NCBI GenBank assembly: GCA_947455415.1
Contig: CANGNX010000001.1
Location: 1-45,703, forward strand
Source of the DNA: Opitutia bacterium
Lineage (GTDB): Bacteria > Verrucomicrobiota > Verrucomicrobiia > Opitutales > UBA953
Length of the DNA: 45,703 bases
Reading direction: 5' to 3'
Part shown: in pieces, positions 15,999-24,192 of the stretch
How the letters are laid out: every line of letters starts with the position of its first letter
Numbering within the stretch: position 1 is the stretch's first letter
Translations under genes and position numbers: made by a program
Notes under the pieces: model-generated
The model's input: only the letters and a program-made list of their open reading frames with translations
Told to the model about the DNA's origin: nothing
Databases searched by the model: none

Positions 15999-18900
15999 TT
16001 ACCCGAAGTAATCCACGCCGCCTTCAAATAATTCCTGGTATTTATTCCCAGGAATATTTTTGGCCACGTTCGCACCGCGGCGCTCGCTGTGTCCCATCTT
16101 CCCAAGGACTCGTCCACAGGGACTCGTAATACCTTCGATGGCCTGAGCGGATCCATTCGGGTTGAATTCAATGGCATTCGAGGGCACGCCCGACGCGTCA
16201 CAATACTGGAAAGCGACCTGTCCATTGCGAGTGAGCTCAGCAATCACTTCAGGTGAGGCCGTGAAACGTCCTTCGCCATGTGAAAGCGGAATATTATAAA
16301 GCTGGCCCACTTCCAAACGAGATAGCCATGGCGATTTCACTGAAGCCACCCGCGTGTGGGCGTAACGTGAGATGTGGCGCGCAATACGGTTATGGAAAAG
16401 CGTTGGTGCCTGAGCGTCGACATCACGGATTTCACCAAATGGCACGAGGCCCAGCTTAATCAGCGCCTGGAAGCCATTACAAATACCGAGGGCCAAGCCA
16501 TCGCGAGATTTGAGTAGCTCCATCGTCGCATCGCGTACGATGGGCGATTTGAAGACGGCGGCAATAAACTTGCCCGAGCCATCCGGTTCATCGCCTGCGG
16601 AGAAACCTCCGGGAATCATCAGAATCTGCGAACGCTTAATGGCGTCGGCCAAAGCTTGCAGCGATTCTGATAAGCCACTGCCGTCTAAATTCCTTAGGAC
16701 TAAAATTTCGGGTTCGGCACCAGCCTGGCGGAACGCACGTGCCGTGTCGTACTCGCAGTTACTACCCGGAAACACCGGGATGATAACGCGCGGACGGGCC
16801 ACTTTCACCTTGGGTTTTAATCCCGAACGTACGGCAAAAGAAATAGTCGCGAGCTGTCCTTCGGGCTCAGTCGCACGCGTCGGGAACACTGACTCTAAAA
16901 CGCCTTCATGAGCGGCTAAAAGTTTTTCAACTGCAACGACAACCCCTGGCCAAGCGATCTCTGCTTTAGCAGTGGTCTTGCCGATGACACGGTGAGCCAA
17001 GCCTCCGAGATCTGAAACCGCAGCCACCTCGAGTACCAAAGAACCATAAGCAGGTATCAAGAAATCGGCTGCAGGTGCGGCCTCGAGTGCCACTCCGATT
17101 CGATTACCAAACGTCATACGTGCCAAGGCATGCCCCACTCCACCCTGACGCACCGCCGTAGCGGCACGAACTTTACCTGCCTTAATGAGAGCATGCACCG
17201 CGACCAAGCGTTCCCGGGCGATTTTCAAATCAGGTAATTGGACGGATGTGCGTGGCACATCAACCACCACCACGGTTGAGCCTGCGTTTTTAAACTCGGC
17301 CGAAATCACCTCCGAGGCCTTACCGGGAACAATCGCAAAAGAGACGAGCGTTGGCGGCACATCGAGATCCTTGAACGACCCCGACATGCTGTCTTTACCG
17401 CCAATCGCAGCAGTACCGAATTCAAGTTGTGCTTCAAGCCCTCCCAGCAATGCCACCAAGGGCTTACCCCAACGCTTCGGGTCTTGTCCGAGTTTTTCAA
17501 AATACTCCTGCAAGGTCAGTCGCGCGCGTGCCGGATTTCCGCCGGCCGCAGTTAAACGTGCAAGCGATTCAACCACCGCACACACGGCACCGTGCCCAGG
17601 CGACCATTGTGCCACCTCCGGATTGAAGCCGTACGACATAATCGTACAAACATCGGTCTCGGCATTGAGGACCGGCAACTTTGCGGCCATCGCCTCTTGT
17701 GGCGTGCTTTGCGTTATACCACCAAAGGGATGCAATACGGTATTCGCACCAATTGATGAGTCAAAACGTTCAACTAAGCCACGCTGTGAAGCATTCGGCA
17801 GCGATGAAAGGGTTGAAATTAAATCTTCGGCAGTAATCGCCCGCGATGCCGACATGAAAGGGGTTTTGCTCGCATCGGGAGCTTGCACTTTGGCGGTCGC
17901 AGTTTGGGTGACACCATTGGTATCCAGAAAATCGCGGGCGATATCCACGACACGTTGTCCGCGCCACTCCATGACGAGTCGACCCGTATTGGTAACGTCG
18001 GCCACTAACACGCCTTCCAGATTTTCGCGCCGTGCCGCTGCTAAAAACGCTAGGACATCTTTAGGCTCGAGCACGACTGCCATCCGCTCTTGCGACTCAG
18101 ATAACGCAATCTCCGTGCCATCGAGGCCATCATATTTTAAAGGCACACGATCGAGGTGAACGTGTAAGGAAGGAGCGAGCTCACCAATCGCTACGGAAAC
18201 CCCACCCGCACCAAAATCATTACAGCGCTTAATCAGTTTACTGACCGCTGGGTCGCGGAAAAGTCGCTGAAGTTTTCGCTCCGTCGGGGCATCGCCCTTC
18301 TGCACTTCCGCGGAATTCTGCAAAGCAGTTTCAGTGTGCTCTTTCGAAGAACCCGTGGCACCGCCCACCCCATCGCGCCCCGTTCGGCCGCCGACTAAAA
18401 CAATCACATCGCCCGGAGCGGGAACCTCACGTCGCACGCAGTCACGGGGACCGGCTGCGACAACGGCGCCGATCTCCATGCGCTTTGCCACGTAGCCAGG
18501 GTGGTAGTGCTCCGAAACCAAACCAGTCGCGAGACCGATTTGATTACCATAAGATGAATAGCCCGCCGCGGCACCCGTCGTAATTTTGCGCTGCGGCAAT
18601 TTGCCTGGTAAAGTTTGATCATAAGGTGTGAGCGGATTCGCCGCACCCGTCACACGCATCGCTTGGTAAACATAGGACCGACCCGAGAGCGGGTCGCGAA
18701 TGGCACCTCCTAAACAGGTGGCCGCACCACCAAAGGGCTCAATCTCCGTAGGGTGATTGTGCGTCTCGTTCTTAAACATCACTAACCACTCCTGAATTTT
18801 TCCGTCGATTTCCACCGGCACGACAATCGAAGCTGCATTCACTTCCTCCGACTCTTCCATGTCATCTAAGATGCCACGGTGCTTCAATTCACGTCCCCCA

Positions 18901-19727
18901 ATGGTCGCAATATCCATCAAGCAAATGGGCTTACCCTGACGGTTCAGACCAAGGCGAACTTGTTGGTAACGCTCCCAGGCCAGACGGAAGGGCTCCAATA
19001 ATGGCGACGGCTCAAATTCTACCGCCGTTAATTCCGCCAGAAAAGTCGTGTGACGGCAGTGGTCCGACCAATAAGTATCGAGCAACTTAATTTCTGTTAA
19101 CGTGGGCTCACGCTTCGCCTCATCGCGAAAATGCTTTTGGCAAAAAACTAAGTCGGCATCCGACATCGCCAAGCCTAGCTCTTTACGCAACGCGACTAAT
19201 TCACTCTCCGATTTTTTAAGGAAGTCCTTAACCGTTGCGACCGCTGCGGGCGAAGGCGCTACCCGACGGAGCGACGCAGGTTTAGTTAAAGCGGCTTCAC
19301 GCGAATCGACCGGATTAATTAAATATGACTTAATCTTTTTAGTTTCTTCCGCAGAAAGGTTTCCCGAAAGGACAAATACCCGCGCGGCGGCAACGGTGGG
19401 TCGATCACCACCACTGACGATTTGTAAACATTGCGCCGCCGAATCCGCCCGCTGATCGAACTGACCTGGCAAGTACTCAATCCCGAAGGCGATTTCGCCT
19501 GTCGCCAACGGAAGCGATTCACTCGTGACGTCGTCCACCGGGGGCTCAGCAAAAACCGTAGGGATGGCCAACTGGATGGCCGCATCTGCCGCGCCCTCAA
19601 TGTCGTAGCGCTGTAAAATCCGGACGGACTGCAGATTGCTTAAACGCAGCGAGTCGCGCAAGTCGCGCAACAACGCTTCCGCTTCTGACCGAAAGGCCGG
19701 CTTTTTTTCGACAAAAAGACGTTTCAT
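15999..19727 (-). CDS. purL: Phosphoribosylformylglycinamidine synthase, single-chain large form
   Basis: The 1242-aa protein has an N-terminal PurS-like region, AIR-synthase-like repeats (NHPTEIEPFGGAATCLGGAIRD, GGRTGRDG) and a C-terminal class I glutamine amidotransferase domain (GICNGFQAL, SHGEGRF). Confidence 0.95.
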   Translation of the reverse strand: MKRLFVEKKPAFRSEAEALLRDLRDSLRLSNLQSVRILQRYDIEGAADAAIQLAIPTVFAEPPVDDVTSESLPLATGEIAFGIEYLPGQFDQRADSAAQCLQIVSGGDRPTVAAARVFVLSGNLSAEETKKIKSYLINPVDSREAALTKPASLRRVAPSPAAVATVKDFLKKSESELVALRKELGLAMSDADLVFCQKHFRDEAKREPTLTEIKLLDTYWSDHCRHTTFLAELTAVEFEPSPLLEPFRLAWERYQQVRLGLNRQGKPICLMDIATIGGRELKHRGILDDMEESEEVNAASIVVPVEIDGKIQEWLVMFKNETHNHPTEIEPFGGAATCLGGAIRDPLSGRSYVYQAMRVTGAANPLTPYDQTLPGKLPQRKITTGAAAGYSSYGNQIGLATGLVSEHYHPGYVAKRMEIGAVVAAGPRDCVRREVPAPGDVIVLVGGRTGRDGVGGATGSSKEHTETALQNSAEVQKGDAPTERKLQRLFRDPAVSKLIKRCNDFGAGGVSVAIGELAPSLHVHLDRVPLKYDGLDGTEIALSESQERMAVVLEPKDVLAFLAAARRENLEGVLVADVTNTGRLVMEWRGQRVVDIARDFLDTNGVTQTATAKVQAPDASKTPFMSASRAITAEDLISTLSSLPNASQRGLVERFDSSIGANTVLHPFGGITQSTPQEAMAAKLPVLNAETDVCTIMSYGFNPEVAQWSPGHGAVCAVVESLARLTAAGGNPARARLTLQEYFEKLGQDPKRWGKPLVALLGGLEAQLEFGTAAIGGKDSMSGSFKDLDVPPTLVSFAIVPGKASEVISAEFKNAGSTVVVVDVPRTSVQLPDLKIARERLVAVHALIKAGKVRAATAVRQGGVGHALARMTFGNRIGVALEAAPAADFLIPAYGSLVLEVAAVSDLGGLAHRVIGKTTAKAEIAWPGVVVAVEKLLAAHEGVLESVFPTRATEPEGQLATISFAVRSGLKPKVKVARPRVIIPVFPGSNCEYDTARAFRQAGAEPEILVLRNLDGSGLSESLQALADAIKRSQILMIPGGFSAGDEPDGSGKFIAAVFKSPIVRDATMELLKSRDGLALGICNGFQALIKLGLVPFGEIRDVDAQAPTLFHNRIARHISRYAHTRVASVKSPWLSRLEVGQLYNIPLSHGEGRFTASPEVIAELTRNGQVAFQYCDASGVPSNAIEFNPNGSAQAIEGITSPCGRVLGKMGHSERRGANVAKNIPGNKYQELFEGGVDYFG

Positions 19728-19847
19728 GAATTCACCTACCTTGTCGGAAATCTAGCCGGGAGGACGATACTAAACTGTCATTTGTTAGTAAAAGACGCCG
19801 GCCCTTTCTTATAAGCCATTGGCCCGAATCAGAGCCCAACGGGTCAA

Positions 19848-20210
19848 TTAGTACCGGCTTAAAAATACAATTATAATCACCACGATAACCGCCAACGCTA
19901 AACCTAGAAATAATGGACGCTGGGCCATATCGGAAGGCAATATACCCCGTTCATGATTCTGGTAGAGTTTCGTTCCAGCCCGAGTAATACCTTGGATGAC
20001 CACTTCGGGATAAGGCCGACCCTCAACCTTGACAACCGACCCCACCGCTAAACCCAAACGGATTAATTCTTGATAAGCCAAGGTCTTCCGCTCGGTTGTA
20101 AAACCGTCAAAGGCATTACACTCACGGCCAATAAATAAGCGCTCCAAGGCGAGCATGGCATCAGCGGAGATGTAATGTCGTGTCTTTTTTACTGGCTTAT
20201 CAGTACTCAA
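19848..20210 (-). CDS. Hypothetical small protein with C-terminal transmembrane anchor
   Basis: 120 aa, with normal-looking composition. The last ~25 residues (PLFLGLALAVIVVIIIVFLSRY) form one hydrophobic helix. I recognise no family. It is divergent from thiD. Confidence 0.5.
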   Translation of the reverse strand: MSTDKPVKKTRHYISADAMLALERLFIGRECNAFDGFTTERKTLAYQELIRLGLAVGSVVKVEGRPYPEVVIQGITRAGTKLYQNHERGILPSDMAQRPLFLGLALAVIVVIIIVFLSRY

Positions 20211-20295
20211 TGGAAGTGACTTATTCGCGTTTGCAGGTATTGTAAAGACTCACAAATTAATGGTTCAAACCGTTATTTTGCCTCGTTTCCCTGTT

Positions 20296-21096
20296 ATGTC
20301 TAGTGATTTAGCCCAACCTCCTACACCAACCGCCGTCGCACTTTCAATTGCGGGATCGGATAGTGGGGCGGGCGCGGGCATCCAGGTCGACCTCCTAACC
20401 TTCGCTGCCCACGGCGTCTACGGCACTACCGCTATCACCTGTTTAACCGCTCAAAATCCTAAAGGTGTCAGTGCCGTACACGCCGCACCCGCTTCCTTTG
20501 TCATCGAACAATGCGAGCAAGTGTGCCGTCACTACGCCCCTCGGGCCCTCAAAACGGGCATGCTCTTTAATCAAGCCATCGTGGAGGCCGTCGCAGATTT
20601 TATAAGAAAAAATAAAATCCCTGCGGTGATCGATCCCGTCATGGTGGCAACAAGTGGCGCAACTCTATTAACCGAAGAAGCGGTAGCCTCACTCAAATCA
20701 CAGCTCATACCCCTGGCCACCTTGGTCACACCCAACCTGGATGAGGCGGCGATCTTATTGAGCCGGCCAGTCAAGGGAGGCGATAATTGCGAAGCCGAAG
20801 CACTCGCGCTCGCCCAAATTTATCGTGTACCGTTTTTGCTTAAAGGTGGACACAGCCATGGGCAGTTGCTGGTCGATACCCTCGCCTGGCCCGATGGACG
20901 CACAGCTAAATTTACCGCTAATCGCATCGAAAAAATCGATACACACGGCAGCGGCTGCACCCTCTCCGCCGCCATCACCGCCCGCCTAGCCTTGGGTGAA
21001 GACCTTCTTGCCGCCGTCCAAACCGCCCACGCCTACCTGCAAAAAGGCATGCATCAGCCACTCTTTGTTGGCGGTGCTAACCAAATTAGGCACTGA
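20296..21096 (+). CDS. thiD: Hydroxymethylpyrimidine/phosphomethylpyrimidine kinase
   Basis: LSIAGSDSGAGAGIQVDLLTF, DPVMVATSG, TPNLDEA and DTHGSGCTLSAAI are ThiD/ribokinase-fold motifs. The start is ambiguous: ATG 20296 is preferred, and the ORF track gives 20260. Confidence 0.9.
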   Translation: MSSDLAQPPTPTAVALSIAGSDSGAGAGIQVDLLTFAAHGVYGTTAITCLTAQNPKGVSAVHAAPASFVIEQCEQVCRHYAPRALKTGMLFNQAIVEAVADFIRKNKIPAVIDPVMVATSGATLLTEEAVASLKSQLIPLATLVTPNLDEAAILLSRPVKGGDNCEAEALALAQIYRVPFLLKGGHSHGQLLVDTLAWPDGRTAKFTANRIEKIDTHGSGCTLSAAITARLALGEDLLAAVQTAHAYLQKGMHQPLFVGGANQIRH

Positions 21097-21232
21097 AATT
21101 AGAGGGGGATAATCACCGGAGATGGGTCAGTGACTATGGCTATTATGGGCCGGGTCGCTCCATTTCCCTTGCCCCCATTAGTTCCCTATCTTTTCTACCC
21201 TATTCGAAGCAGCCTAAAGCCTGCCGCCGACC

Positions 21233-23041
21233 ATGACTAAAAAGAAAACAGCCTCCAAAACATCCCATCGCCCCTCGTCCGCCTCCACCCCAAAAGGCGG
21301 CGTTAAAATGCGCGGCTGTGATGTCATGGTCCGCTGCTTAGAAAACCTCGGGGTCGACACCATCTTTGCTTACCCAGGTGGTGCCTCCATGGAACTCCAC
21401 CAAGGACTCACACGTTCCAAAAAAATTCGTACCATTTTACCACGCCACGAACAAGGTGGTGCCTTCATGGCACACGGCTATTCGCGCGCCACGGGTAAAC
21501 CAGGCGTCTGCATGGCAACGTCCGGACCAGGTGCGACTAACCTCGTTACCGCCATCGCCGATGCGCACATGGATAGCATTCCACTCGTGTGCATCACCGG
21601 ACAAGTTTATCAGCAATTCATCGGTCGTGCCGCTTTCCAAGAAACGGATTTCTACGGCATGACGCTTCCCATCGTGAAGCACTCGTTCCTGGTTTTAGAT
21701 TACAACGAGCTCCCGATGATTATGTACAAGGCCTTCAAGATTGCGACCACCGGTCGCCCTGGCCCCGTTGTCATCGACATCCCCAAAGACGTCCAACAAC
21801 ACGAGTGGGTACCCGTTTTTCCGAAGTCGATTAACGACGTGGAAATCCCGGGCTTACAAGTTCCCCCCAAGGCACCAGATGCCCAGTTTAACACGGTTTT
21901 ACGGCTCATTGAGAAGGCCAAACAGCCTGTACTCTACGTCGGTGGTGGCATTCTTTCCGCCCACGCCCACAAGGAATTAATGACCTTTGCGCTGGCCACC
22001 GGTATTCCCGTGGCAAGCACGCTCATGGGGCTCGGCGCTTTTCCTTCGGATCACCCGCAATCACTTTACTGGTACGGTATGCACGGCACCGTCGCCGGCA
22101 ATTGGGCCGTCTGCAAAAGTGACTTACTCATCGTTCTCGGGGCACGCTTCGACGATCGTATCACGGGAGCCATCGATAAATTTGCACCCGATGCCACGAT
22201 TGTTCACGTCGACATCGATCGCTCCGAGCACCACAAAAATAAATTCGCAGATTACCCGATTCACTCGGACGTGAAACACGCCCTCCTGCGTCTGTCTGCA
22301 CTATCGAAGAAAGGCTTCAAGAAGCCCAACCTTAAGAAATGGTACTCGACCATTAATGGTTGGAAAAAACAACACCCCTTCCCCTTCAACTACGACCGCA
22401 AAGGCTCAAAGCACATCCTGCCGCAAGAGGCCATTGAAACGCTCTTTAAAGAGACCAAGGGCGAAGCGATTATTTCCACAGGCGTTGGCCAACACCAAAT
22501 GTGGGCCCCGCAGTACTATCAATTCAACAAACCACGCACCTTCATTAGTTCATTAGGTGCTGGTACCATGGGCTTTGGCTTACCTGCCGCCATTGGCGCC
22601 AAAGTCGCCTGCCCTAAGAAACAAGTCATCGATATCGATGGCGATGGCTCGTTCCTGATGAACATTCAGGAATTGGCGTGCATGAAAATCGAGAAGATTA
22701 ACGCCAAGGTCATGCTCCTTAATAATCAACACTTAGGCATGGTTGTGCAGTGGGAAGACCGCTTCTACGCCGGCGTTCGCGGACACACTGTTTTAGGTGA
22801 TGCCACGAATATCGGCAGCCCCGACAACCCAGGCGGACTCTACCCTGACTTTGTTAAAATTGCTAACGGCTTTGGCATCAAGGCCCGTCAAGTCATCAAG
22901 CGCGAAGAACTGCGTGACGCCATTCGCGAAATGCTCGCGCACGACGGACCCTACCTGCTCGACGTCATCGTTCCTTACACCGAACACGTTCTGCCGTTCA
23001 TTCCGCAGAAGAAGTCGGCGATGGAAATTCTGACGAAGTAA
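21233..23041 (+). CDS. ilvB: Acetolactate synthase (acetohydroxyacid synthase) large catalytic subunit
   Basis: The ThDP enzyme pattern is present: [31 protein letters not shown], and the ThDP-binding [13 protein letters not shown]...NNQHLGMV. The first 25 aa ([25 protein letters not shown]) are a basic low-complexity extension, so ATG 21308 is an alternative start. Confidence 0.92.
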   Translation: MTKKKTASKTSHRPSSASTPKGGVKMRGCDVMVRCLENLGVDTIFAYPGGASMELHQGLTRSKKIRTILPRHEQGGAFMAHGYSRATGKPGVCMATSGPGATNLVTAIADAHMDSIPLVCITGQVYQQFIGRAAFQETDFYGMTLPIVKHSFLVLDYNELPMIMYKAFKIATTGRPGPVVIDIPKDVQQHEWVPVFPKSINDVEIPGLQVPPKAPDAQFNTVLRLIEKAKQPVLYVGGGILSAHAHKELMTFALATGIPVASTLMGLGAFPSDHPQSLYWYGMHGTVAGNWAVCKSDLLIVLGARFDDRITGAIDKFAPDATIVHVDIDRSEHHKNKFADYPIHSDVKHALLRLSALSKKGFKKPNLKKWYSTINGWKKQHPFPFNYDRKGSKHILPQEAIETLFKETKGEAIISTGVGQHQMWAPQYYQFNKPRTFISSLGAGTMGFGLPAAIGAKVACPKKQVIDIDGDGSFLMNIQELACMKIEKINAKVMLLNNQHLGMVVQWEDRFYAGVRGHTVLGDATNIGSPDNPGGLYPDFVKIANGFGIKARQVIKREELRDAIREMLAHDGPYLLDVIVPYTEHVLPFIPQKKSAMEILTK

Positions 23042-23044
23042 GCC

Positions 23045-23968
23045 TTACAGTCCGGCCAACCAGCGCTCGGCTTCGATCGCCGCCCGACATCCCATACCCG
23101 CAGCGGTGATGGCCTGGCGATACACGTGATCCGCACAGTCTCCGGCAACAAATACGCCAGGGATATTCGTACTCACCGTGTTATCTTCCGCAATGAAGTA
23201 GCCGTTTTCATCGACTTTTAATGCGGGCGTAAATGCCTTAGAATTGGGTACGTGGCCAATCGCAATAAACACGCATTTACAGGCGATATCACGGGTTTTT
23301 CCGGATGCTTCTTGCACTCGTAAACTATGCACTTTGCCATCCGCACCGCCGAGCACCTCGAGGGGTGCGCAGTTCAGCGCGAGTTCGATTTTTTCGTGAG
23401 CCTTGACGCGCTGCACCATAATTTCCGACGCACGGAATTTATCGCGACGGTGCACTAAAATCACTTTCGACGCAAAGCGCGTAAGGAACAAAGCTTCTTC
23501 ACAGGCAGAGTCGCCACCACCGACTACGACCACCGGGACGTCGCGATAAAACGCCCCATCGCAGGTCGCACAAGTCGTCACGCCGTTGCCGCCGTAGTAT
23601 TCTTTTTCACCAGGAATACCGAGCAAACGTGGGGAGGCACCCGTTGCGATGATAACGGCCTTCGCTTCGTACGTGGCTTCACCGCCCACGAGTTTTTTGA
23701 CCGAACCCGAGAAATCCACCGAGTCGATACGATCCCAAGCAAAGCGAGCGCCGAAACGCTCCGCCTGTGCTTTCATATTTGAAATGAGTTCGTTGCCATC
23801 GACGCCATGAACAAAGCCTGGAAAGTTTTCGACTTCTGAAGTCGTGGTTAATTGTCCACCGGGTTGACCGCCTTCGAGCACCAAGGGGCTGAGCCCAGCT
23901 CGTGCGGCGTAAATTGCAGCGGTCAGGCCAGCGCAGCCCGTACCTAAAATTAAAACGTTCTCAGCCAT
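23045..23968 (-). CDS. trxB: Thioredoxin-disulfide reductase
   Basis: It has the FAD motif [12 protein letters not shown], the redox-active CATCDG and the NADPH motif [12 protein letters not shown]. The start was moved from 23983 to ATG 23968. Confidence 0.93.
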   Translation of the reverse strand: MAENVLILGTGCAGLTAAIYAARAGLSPLVLEGGQPGGQLTTTSEVENFPGFVHGVDGNELISNMKAQAERFGARFAWDRIDSVDFSGSVKKLVGGEATYEAKAVIIATGASPRLLGIPGEKEYYGGNGVTTCATCDGAFYRDVPVVVVGGGDSACEEALFLTRFASKVILVHRRDKFRASEIMVQRVKAHEKIELALNCAPLEVLGGADGKVHSLRVQEASGKTRDIACKCVFIAIGHVPNSKAFTPALKVDENGYFIAEDNTVSTNIPGVFVAGDCADHVYRQAITAAGMGCRAAIEAERWLAGL

Positions 23969-24192
23969 AGGGGATAACCCCATCTTGGAGTCTCTCTGTC
24001 AACGGCAAGGCGGAAAATTCGCGTCCACGCCCCAGTACATCAACGCCACTCAGCCATTTGCCATCGATTGTCCCGAACCCATTGCGAATAATTAAATTTT
24101 TAACAATTTCACCTGAAATAGGGCATTTCATTCGATTTGGGCTTTGACTCACACTTAACCGAGGTGGTTTGCTACCCTTCGCGTCAGGCCCC

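Noticed and set aside
17185-18159. A 324-aa plus-strand ORF antisense to purL, and similar long antisense ORFs such as 16510-16911, 19102-19455, 13501-14010, 33443-33931, 3396-4004 and 37018-37560.
   Set aside because: Their translations are Ser/Ala/Arg/Pro-rich and low-complexity. They lie wholly inside genes with unambiguous homology on the other strand. This is the usual shadow-frame behaviour of moderately GC-rich DNA.
20211-20295. A TPP (THI-box) riboswitch upstream of thiD.
   Set aside because: The spacer is 85 nt or less and lacks the conserved CUGAGA and ACCUGAU-type THI-box elements.
21136-21240. A 34-codon upstream ORF ([34 protein letters not shown]) ending inside the ilvB start region, considered as a possible ilv attenuation leader peptide.
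   Set aside because: It has no run of Val/Leu/Ile codons, no obvious alternative terminator/antiterminator hairpins and no clear ribosome-binding site.
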